32,000 nt of DNA from Candidatus Iainarchaeum sp. (GTDB lineage: Archaea > Iainarchaeota > Iainarchaeia > Iainarchaeales > CSSED10-239), in NCBI GenBank assembly GCA_028700115.1, contig JAQVTI010000011.1, forward strand, positions 1-32,000. Reading direction: 5' to 3'. Below the pieces are notes generated by a model. It was given only the letters and a program-made list of their open reading frames with translations, had not been told where the DNA came from and ran no database searches. Of the stretch, positions 7,830 through 14,304 are shown piece by piece; positions within the stretch are counted from its first letter, which is position 1; every line of letters begins with the position of its first letter. Made by a program: the position numbers and the translations under genes.

Positions 7830-7922
7830 TCAATCTTTTTTTAAACAATAATCTATATTATCTAATATATTATCTTTATTTAATATATCTAATTGTATTG
7901 GACATCTTGCGCATTTTTTTCA
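7830..7922 (-). other. in-frame TGA (7920-7922) plus a 29-codon continuation that completes the SPASM cysteine motif
   Basis: The minus-strand frame reads ..IKGCPDCKL-TGA-KKCARCPIQLDILNKDNILDNIDYCLKKD-TGA. Across the stop the spacing is Cx2Cx5Cx2C-x19-C, against the canonical SPASM Cx2Cx5Cx3C-gap-C. Confidence 0.7.
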
Positions 7923-8876
7923 TAATTTACAATCTGGACAACCTTTTATTTGTTGAATTCTCCAATTTTTAAATTGTATTGAATTCCATATTTTATTTAT
8001 ATTATTCAAGTTATTTTTAATTTTGTAAGAATAATTTTTAGCAAATCTTGTATAAGGTAATAAAGGACAAGGATATGCTATTAAATTGGTAGAAATATGA
8101 TAATAATGAATTCCAGCACCGCATTTAAAATAATAATCTTTTTTATCTAATGTTTTAAAATCAGATAAATCTAGTTCTATGTTGTTTATAATGCATTCCT
8201 TATTTAATTTTTTAATAAATTTTTTATCTTTAAAAAGTTTAATAATTTCATTAGAATTTATATTTTTATTATTATTTTTTCCTCTTCCTTTAGATAATAA
8301 TGGGCCTATAATCCATTTTTTTACATTTAATTTATTTAAAAATTTAGGAAATTCTAAAATTTCTTTATAATTTTTGGAATGAATTAAAGTTCCTACAATC
8401 GTATATATTTCATCTTTTTTTAGTTGATTTAATGTTTTTAAAGTATTATTGTATATTTTTTTATTTTTTTTAATTGGATCTCTTATATATAAATGAGATT
8501 GAGGATTAGTTCCATCTAAAGATATTTTAAATGCTAATAACATTTTTGATTTTTTAATTAAATTATATTTTTTTAAAGAGAATAATCCATTTGAAGTTAA
8601 ATAATAAGGTAATTCTATATGATCTAAATATTTAATTAAATTAATAAATTTAGAATATTTTGTAGGTTCTCCACCAGATATATTGACATATAATATATTT
8701 GTTTTTTTATAATAAGCTAATATTTTTTTTAAAATATTAAATGGAATTTCTTTTTTTATAATTCCATATGATCCATAACAATGAATACATTTTAAATTAC
8801 AATCAGAAGTTATACTTATATGAACATGTAATGGTGCTTTTTTTGCAAACAATTTATCTTGGTATTTTTTATCCAT
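7920..8876 (-). CDS. radical SAM/SPASM-domain peptide-maturase-like enzyme (as annotated, truncated within the SPASM motif)
   Basis: It has the CNLKCIHC (Cx3Cx2C) cluster motif at residues 26-33, a GGEPT SAM-binding motif, and the SPASM first half CGAGIHYYHISTNLIAYPC followed by GCPDC. It has no SD of its own and starts 5 nt after the small ORF's stop. Confidence 0.9.
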   Translation of the reverse strand: MDKKYQDKLFAKKAPLHVHISITSDCNLKCIHCYGSYGIIKKEIPFNILKKILAYYKKTNILYVNISGGEPTKYSKFINLIKYLDHIELPYYLTSNGLFSLKKYNLIKKSKMLLAFKISLDGTNPQSHLYIRDPIKKNKKIYNNTLKTLNQLKKDEIYTIVGTLIHSKNYKEILEFPKFLNKLNVKKWIIGPLLSKGRGKNNNKNINSNEIIKLFKDKKFIKKLNKECIINNIELDLSDFKTLDKKDYYFKCGAGIHYYHISTNLIAYPCPLLPYTRFAKNYSYKIKNNLNNINKIWNSIQFKNWRIQQIKGCPDCKL

Positions 8877-8881
8877 TTTAA

Positions 8882-9007
8882 TTAAAATTGATTATGTGCA
8901 CAAGGTACTGTATCTGCTCTTTTTAATATATTTAATTTTATATTTTTTTTATTTATTTCTATTTTTTTTGATTCAATATTTGTTGCAATATTTGCAGTTG
9001 ACATCAT
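8882..9007 (-). CDS. 41-aa small ORF (absent from the ORF track): candidate RiPP precursor peptide MMSTANIATNIESKKIEINKKNIKLNILKRADTVPCAHNQF
   Basis: GAGGTGA SD (9012-9018) lies 4 nt upstream of the ATG at 9007. TAA at 8882-8884 lies 5 nt before the radical SAM start (8876). The peptide has a Lys-rich leader-like N-terminal part and a C-terminal ADTVPCAHNQF holding the only Cys. Confidence 0.6.
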   Translation of the reverse strand: MMSTANIATNIESKKIEINKKNIKLNILKRADTVPCAHNQF

Positions 9008-9011
9008 ATTA

Positions 9012-9018
9012 TCACCTC
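9012..9018 (-). promoter_or_regulatory. Shine-Dalgarno site (GAGGTGA) for the 41-aa ORF
   Basis: Plus-strand tcacctc. This is the same SD type seen before ATGs at 4421, 11253, 27825, 14176 and 29672. Confidence 0.6.
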
Positions 9019-9047
9019 AAATTATATATTAATTGATCTACATAATG

Positions 9048-9055
9048 TTTATAAA
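9048..9055 (-). promoter_or_regulatory. TATA-box-like element (TTTATAAA, preceded by AAAAGA) upstream of the small ORF
   Basis: It lies 40 nt upstream of the ATG, which suits an archaeal promoter with a short SD-containing leader. Such strings are common in this AT-rich DNA. Confidence 0.25.
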
Positions 9056-9074
9056 TCTTTTTATTATATTATTT

Positions 9075-10832
9075 TTATCTAGCACCTGCACCTCCACCAC
9101 CCATACCTCCACCAAATCCTCCTGCTGAACCACTACTACCTGAACCTGATATAGATCCATTAGATAGTGATGTGTAGGTTATACTTGTTGTATATGTTGC
9201 TAAAAACATCATGTTTGTGGTGTTACTTGACACATTTAGGTTGTGTGCCTTGATTATTTTGTTAACTTTCTTTGCACTTCCAAAAGCAGTTGCATAAACT
9301 ATATATTTTTCCCATAAAATTACATGTCTTGGAGGATATTTTTTAATTTGAGAAAAATCTGTTATATATCTATTAAAATTCATCCATTTTAGATTAAGAA
9401 CTCTGTTTTTCTTTGTAAATCTATTACTTAAAAAAGTACTTCTATCTTTGTATACTAATTTTTGAAAAGTTGTAAATATTTTTAGATAGATGCTAATTAT
9501 AAAAATATAAATCATAGGAATTGTCATGTATGCTATTTCAGGAGCTATTAAGTTTGTTTTACTAAAAATTAATGAAATAAATATTATATATATTGCAATA
9601 TAGCCAAAAAATAATAATGAAAAATAAATATTTCCTTTTTTCTCAAATAATTCCTGTTCTGTTTTCCAGTTTTTATAATATTCAAAAATTTCTTTTTGAA
9701 CTTTTTTAAATTCTAAATCCATTACTAGATTAAATTTATTTTTTGTAAGGTTATATCTGTTGTTAATCATTTTTTTAGTTATGTAATTGTATAGTGACTT
9801 ATAAGCACTGTTTAGAATATCTATTTTTTTATTAGTTTTAATTAAAATTAAATCATCATTTTTATCTTTTTCAAAATTTAAATATTTTTGATTAACTAAA
9901 TCCATTATAATTGATCCAAACCAATATTTTGTAAATCTACCATTTGCAAAATAATTTGCTTGTATAGGATCGTGTTTAGAAGGTAAATCTCTTTCATATT
10001 CTCCAAAGTAATTTACTTCTTTTTTAGAATATTCTTTTCCAAAAAATCTCCAAATTAAATAAAAGCCAATAAACCCTATTAATGTGTATATTAATAAATA
10101 TATTTTTTTATGTTCTAGAACAAATAGACCTATGTTTAGTTTTTTTTTAAGTTTATTTTCAATTTTTAAAACATCTTTAGATGTATATTCTTTTTTATAA
10201 TTACTTTTTTGTGTAAAATATGTATTTGGAATAAGCATATTTATTTCAATATACTCATTTGATTTTACATTTTTAGAAATTGAAAGTATATTTTTACTTT
10301 CTTCTATTTTATAATTATCTTTATTAAAAACATGCATGAAATATGTTGTGTTGTTTATGTCTTCTGGAAGGATAATTTGTATATTTGTTTTTGTAGATTT
10401 ATTTGTTTTTTCTCCATATATCTTATAAAAGAATTGATGAGAATCATTAATATCTAAAATAGCATTTTCAATTGTATATTCAAAATAAGCAGTTATTTGT
10501 TCATTACTAAAATTTCCTTTTAGAATAAGTTCTTTTTCTCCAGAAATGGATTCATTTTTGTTTTTAAAAATAAACTCTGCATTCTTATCTTTTTCAATAT
10601 ACCCATTATATTCAGAAATTATTATATCATCTGGTTTTTGTATATATAGCTCTGTAAAACTGCCATTTAAGTAATAAGTTATAGCTTCATTTACAATTAT
10701 TTGTGTGTTTTCTTGTATATTATAAGTTATATTATAATTTTCTATTGAATAATATTTTGCAGAAACTTGTGGAAGAATTAAAGCTAAAGTAAATATTATT
10801 GTAATTATTAAAAATATACTTTTTTTATTCAT
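9075..10832 (-). CDS. DUF2207-like membrane protein (signal peptide, extracellular domain, TM cluster, Gly-rich C-terminal tail)
   Basis: The start is preferred at MNKKSIFLIITIIFTLALILPQVSA (10832) because it gives a canonical signal peptide. The tail is ..GSGSSGSAGGFGGGMGGGGAGAR. The family assignment is from memory of this architecture. Confidence 0.6.
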   Translation of the reverse strand: MNKKSIFLIITIIFTLALILPQVSAKYYSIENYNITYNIQENTQIIVNEAITYYLNGSFTELYIQKPDDIIISEYNGYIEKDKNAEFIFKNKNESISGEKELILKGNFSNEQITAYFEYTIENAILDINDSHQFFYKIYGEKTNKSTKTNIQIILPEDINNTTYFMHVFNKDNYKIEESKNILSISKNVKSNEYIEINMLIPNTYFTQKSNYKKEYTSKDVLKIENKLKKKLNIGLFVLEHKKIYLLIYTLIGFIGFYLIWRFFGKEYSKKEVNYFGEYERDLPSKHDPIQANYFANGRFTKYWFGSIIMDLVNQKYLNFEKDKNDDLILIKTNKKIDILNSAYKSLYNYITKKMINNRYNLTKNKFNLVMDLEFKKVQKEIFEYYKNWKTEQELFEKKGNIYFSLLFFGYIAIYIIFISLIFSKTNLIAPEIAYMTIPMIYIFIISIYLKIFTTFQKLVYKDRSTFLSNRFTKKNRVLNLKWMNFNRYITDFSQIKKYPPRHVILWEKYIVYATAFGSAKKVNKIIKAHNLNVSSNTTNMMFLATYTTSITYTSLSNGSISGSGSSGSAGGFGGGMGGGGAGAR

Positions 10833-10938
10833 AAATATCTTACTTTTATTATATAATATATGGCATATCGATTCATTTATAAACATTTCTTTGCTTGTAT
10901 ATTTATACAAGTTATAATTTGTTAAGAGGTATTTTTAG

Positions 10939-11223
10939 ATGAGAAAACAAAAAGATTTATTTAAGATTTTTAAAGTTTTAGGAGATGAAACTAGATTTAG
11001 AATTGTTGATAAACTTCTAAACTGTAAATCTTTTAAAGATAATACATGTTGTTCAGATTTAGCTGATTTTACACAAAAGGATCTATCTACAATTTCAAGA
11101 CAATTAGATATATTAGAAAAAGAAGGTATTATTGTTGTAAATAAAGTTAGTAAGAGTAAGTGTATAAAACTTAAAAACAAAGAAATTATCTTAAAAGTTT
11201 TTGAATATTCTAAAAAGCTTTAA
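10939..11223 (+). CDS. ArsR/SmtB-family HTH transcriptional regulator
   Basis: LGDETRFRIVDKLL followed by TCCSDLADFTQKDLSTISRQLDILEKEGII aligns with the ArsR ELCVCDL..ISRHLALLRESGLL region. The CC pair occupies the alpha-3 thiol site. Confidence 0.8.
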   Translation: MRKQKDLFKIFKVLGDETRFRIVDKLLNCKSFKDNTCCSDLADFTQKDLSTISRQLDILEKEGIIVVNKVSKSKCIKLKNKEIILKVFEYSKKL

Positions 11224-11252
11224 AATTAAAAATAATTTAAAAGGTGATTTTT

Positions 11253-11480
11253 ATGTCAAAAATTATAGTTTATTCAACACAATCTTGCCCTTATTGTGTA
11301 ATGGCAAAAGAATATTTAAAATCTAAAAACATTGAGTTTGAGGATGTAGATGTAGGACAAGATATGAATAGAGCTATGGAGATGATTCATAAATCTGGTC
11401 AACAAGGAGTTCCTGTAATTGATATTAATGGAAAAATAATAATTGGTTTTAATAAACCAGAAATAGATGCTTCTTTATAG
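11253..11480 (+). CDS. glutaredoxin/NrdH-like small redoxin
   Basis: It has a CPYC active site (IIVYSTQSCPYCVMAKEYL) and a GVPVI cis-Pro motif. SD AGGTGA lies 5 nt upstream of ATG 11253. Confidence 0.85.
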   Translation: MSKIIVYSTQSCPYCVMAKEYLKSKNIEFEDVDVGQDMNRAMEMIHKSGQQGVPVIDINGKIIIGFNKPEIDASL

Positions 11481-11501
11481 AGAAGAAGTTTTTTTATTTT
11501 T

Positions 11502-12452
11502 CTATTTTATAGAAGAAAATAAATAACCAAATGCAAAAGAAGCAGCTTGAGTTGCTCTTAAAGGTTCAGAAGAATTACCTATTTTTACTATTTTAGAACA
11601 AAAATCCATTGTTTCTTTTTGAAGACCTTTTTTTTCATTTCCATAAACAAAAAGTGTTTTTTTATAAGTTAGACTTTTAAGTTCAGGTAATGTATTCTTA
11701 CCCCACATACTAAATCCTATAATTTCATCATAATTTTTTTTAATATCTGAAATATGACTTATAACTTTAACATTTGCTTTATGAAAACTGTTTTCTTTTA
11801 AGAAATTATTTATTGCTAGTTTAGAAAATTTATTTTTTAAAGTAACTAAATATACTATATTTCTAAAAGTTTTAGACATTCTAACAAAATCAGAAATTTC
11901 TCCTAATGTAAAAGGACATTCTAAAATTAGATCTGGGTATTTAAAATTATTAGTTGAAGTATTATTTTTATTTTCTGAAATATTTTTATTTTCTGAAATA
12001 TTATTTTTTAAAGTATTATTTTTATTTTCTAAATTATTATTTTCTATAGTTTCGTTTATATAATATCCAATTCTAACTTCTATTTTAGAATCATTATTTC
12101 TTGCTTCTAGATATATTTTTTCCCCATTTTTATCAAATTTATTTTTTTTAAGAAATCTTTCTTGTATACCTCTTGCATGAAAAGGAACATCGTGATTTAT
12201 TTTTGATTTTATTTCTTTTATTTTATGTTTTTCTAATCTATCTACTATTTCAGAAATTGTTTTTGCAAAAAATTCTTCTTTAATATTTATAATACTTGAT
12301 ATATAATGTTTATTTTTAATAGGTTTATCTAAAATAAATCTTCTATATGACCAAGAATCATTTTTTATATTATAGTTTTTAGATTTTAATTCTTTAAAAA
12401 TATCTTTTTTTTCTCTATAAGATACAAATCTTGATAAATTTATTAAATACAT
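11502..12452 (-). CDS. SPOUT (SpoU/TrmH-like) RNA methyltransferase candidate with an Asn-rich low-complexity insert
   Basis: The C-terminal half carries LFVYGNEKKGL (motif 2) and VKIGNSSEPLRATQAASFAFGYL (motif 3-like). The N-terminal half is unassigned. Confidence 0.45.
   Translation of the reverse strand: MYLINLSRFVSYREKKDIFKELKSKNYNIKNDSWSYRRFILDKPIKNKHYISSIINIKEEFFAKTISEIVDRLEKHKIKEIKSKINHDVPFHARGIQERFLKKNKFDKNGEKIYLEARNNDSKIEVRIGYYINETIENNNLENKNNTLKNNISENKNISENKNNTSTNNFKYPDLILECPFTLGEISDFVRMSKTFRNIVYLVTLKNKFSKLAINNFLKENSFHKANVKVISHISDIKKNYDEIIGFSMWGKNTLPELKSLTYKKTLFVYGNEKKGLQKETMDFCSKIVKIGNSSEPLRATQAASFAFGYLFSSIK
11963..11998 (-). repeat. perfect in-frame 18-bp tandem duplication inside the SPOUT-like gene
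   Basis: tatttttattttctgaaa occurs twice on the plus strand and encodes ISENKN-ISENKN within the N-rich insert. Confidence 0.9.
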
Positions 12453-12464
12453 TTTTTAATCATC

Positions 12465-12496
12465 TTCGTTCACATTATTTTTCGTTCACATTATTT
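12465..12496. repeat. perfect 16-bp tandem duplication in the 5' region of the SPOUT-like gene
   Basis: ttcgttcacattattt occurs twice (12465-12480 and 12481-12496), 13-44 nt upstream of the ATG at 12452. Confidence 0.95.
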
Positions 12497-12539
12497 TTTA
12501 AGAAAATAACTATTATTATAATTTATTTTATATAAAAAA

Positions 12540-12698
12540 TTATTTCATTCTTTGCTTTTCAAAAAAATCTGATTTTTCATACATTGCTTTAAAATTTTTT
12601 CTTTTTTCAATTTTTTCTTTAATTTTTTCTTCACATTTTTTACAATAGATTCTAGTTCCATCTATTATTTTACCACATTCTATACATTTATGTACCAT
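12540..12698 (-). CDS. 52-aa zinc-ribbon protein (absent from the ORF track): MVHKCIECGKIIDGTRIYCKKCEEKIKEKIEKRKNFKAMYEKSDFFEKQRMK
   Basis: It has a CxxC-x10-CxxC motif. Its ATG at 12698 lies 2 nt after the lysS TAA (12701-12703), which suggests co-transcription and coupling. Confidence 0.5.
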   Translation of the reverse strand: MVHKCIECGKIIDGTRIYCKKCEEKIKEKIEKRKNFKAMYEKSDFFEKQRMK

Positions 12699-12700
12699 TT

Positions 12701-14176
12701 TTAATTCTCCTTTTCATTATCTCTTAATTGAGGGAAAAATATAACATCTCTTATATTTTGAGATTTTGTTAAAAGTATTATTAATCTATCAATACCCATA
12801 CCTATACCAAAAGCAGGTGGCATCCCATATTTTAAAGTATCTATAAAATCTGTATCAATTGGATGGTTTTCTCCTTTTCCTTTTCCTTGATCTTTTTGTT
12901 CAATCATTAATTGTTCTTGCATAAAAGGATCATTTAATTCACTATATATATTTGCAAGTTCCATTCCATTTATATATGGTTCATCTCTTTCTATTAAATT
13001 TTTATCTATTCTATGTATTTTACATAAAGGTGTTGTTTCTTTTGGGTGATCTATAATATGAATTGGACCTAAAAGTTTATTTTCACAATAATTTTCAAAA
13101 ATTTCTGAAATTGCAAGACCTCTTTTATATTCTTCCATTTCAATTTTATTTTCTTTTAAAATTATTTTAATTTCATTATCATCTAAAGAATCAATATCAA
13201 TATTTGCAAATTCTTTAATTGCATCTTTCATTTTCATTTTTTTCCAAGGTCTTTTAAAATCTAAAATTTTTCCATTATATTCAATTTTTGTAGAACCTAA
13301 AACATTAATTGTAATTTTTTCAATCATTTCTTCTAAAATTTCCATTGCCTCATTATAATCTGAATAAGCTTGATACATTTCAAGCATAGTAAATTCTGGA
13401 TTATGAGATTTATCTACACCTTCATTTCTAAAATTTTTACAAATAGTATATACTTTTTCAAAACCACTAACTAAAAGTCTTTTAAGATAAAGTTCTGGAG
13501 AAATAGATAAATATAATTTTTTTTTCCAAACAAAACTTTCAGTTGTAAAAGGTCTTGCATTTGCCCCACCATAAAGAGGTTGTAAAAGTGGAGTTTCTAC
13601 TTCTATAAATCCTTTTTGATCTAGAAAATGTCTAATTTCAGAAATTATTTTAGATCTTATAATAAATATATCTCTTGATTCTTTATTTATCATTAAATCT
13701 AAATGTCTTTTTCTATATTTTACTTCAGAATCAATTAATCCTTTCCATTTATCTGGGAGAGGATAAAAACATTTTGATAAAAAAATTAATTTTTTTGACT
13801 GAATAGAAATTTCCCCTCTTTTTGTTTTAAAAATTTCCCCCAAAATTCCAATAAAATCTCCTGTATCTAAATTTTTTAAAATTATTTTTTCATTTTCAGT
13901 AATTTCATCAGTTTTTATTACTATTTGTATTTTTCCATAAGTATCATGTAAATCTAAAAAAACAATTTTACCTAAGTTTCTAATTAATAATATTCTACCA
14001 GAAATATTAGCTTCTTTTCCAGTAAAAGAATTTTCTTCAATATTTTTATATTTTTCTATAATTTCTGATGTTTTATAATTTTTTTTAAAAGAAAAAGGAT
14101 ATACTTCTATTCCTGCATTTTTTATATTTTCAAAATGTGTTTTTCTACTTTCTTCAAATTCATCTATTCTTGCCAT
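12701..14176 (-). CDS. lysS: lysyl-tRNA synthetase, class II
   Basis: It has an N-terminal OB-fold region (ISGRILLIRNLGKIVFLDLHDTYGKIQIV). Class II motifs are FRNEGVDKSHNPEFTMLEMYQAY and GMPPAFGIGMGIDRLIILL. The start is set at ATG 14176 (MARIDEF), preceded by GTGAT. Confidence 0.95.
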   Translation of the reverse strand: MARIDEFEESRKTHFENIKNAGIEVYPFSFKKNYKTSEIIEKYKNIEENSFTGKEANISGRILLIRNLGKIVFLDLHDTYGKIQIVIKTDEITENEKIILKNLDTGDFIGILGEIFKTKRGEISIQSKKLIFLSKCFYPLPDKWKGLIDSEVKYRKRHLDLMINKESRDIFIIRSKIISEIRHFLDQKGFIEVETPLLQPLYGGANARPFTTESFVWKKKLYLSISPELYLKRLLVSGFEKVYTICKNFRNEGVDKSHNPEFTMLEMYQAYSDYNEAMEILEEMIEKITINVLGSTKIEYNGKILDFKRPWKKMKMKDAIKEFANIDIDSLDDNEIKIILKENKIEMEEYKRGLAISEIFENYCENKLLGPIHIIDHPKETTPLCKIHRIDKNLIERDEPYINGMELANIYSELNDPFMQEQLMIEQKDQGKGKGENHPIDTDFIDTLKYGMPPAFGIGMGIDRLIILLTKSQNIRDVIFFPQLRDNEKEN

Positions 14177-14304
14177 TTTTATCACATATATATTTAATAT
14201 CTTATTATTTATAATTTTTTAGAAAATAACTTTTTATAATATATAATATATATAGATAATACTTATAAATATATTTTTTATTTTAAAAAAAATATAAAAA
14301 AATC

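Noticed and set aside
7860-7919. A bacterial-type SECIS hairpin immediately downstream of the TGA.
   Set aside because: The downstream sequence (aaaaaaugcgcaagauguccaauacaauuag) contains only the short palindrome ugcgca and no convincing stem-loop at the expected distance. Selenocysteine therefore remains the least supported explanation, though an archaeal 3'-UTR SECIS cannot be excluded by eye.
7920-7922. Genome-wide reassignment of TGA (code 4 Trp or code 25 Gly) as the explanation for the in-frame TGA in the SPASM gene.
   Set aside because: Very long ORFs, including the 1663-aa one, are free of TGA and encode their Trp residues with TGG. Three other genes end at TGA and are followed within 1 to 5 codons by another stop, with no meaningful extension (1540, 6990, 28008). 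In AT-rich recoded genomes TGA is a frequent sense codon, which is not seen here.
8179-8370. Short ORFs from the track that lie antisense inside longer genes: 8179-8370(+), 10935-11180(-), 14692-14892(+), 14892-15125(+), 17117-17347(+), 21676-21873(+), 24413-24655(+), 24674-24883(-) and 28303-28533(-).
   Set aside because: Each is fully embedded in, or overlaps heavily with, a longer ORF on the opposite strand that has recognisable motifs or signal and TM features. Their translations are low-complexity F/L/I/Y/N strings typical of shadow frames in AT-rich DNA, and none has an SD.
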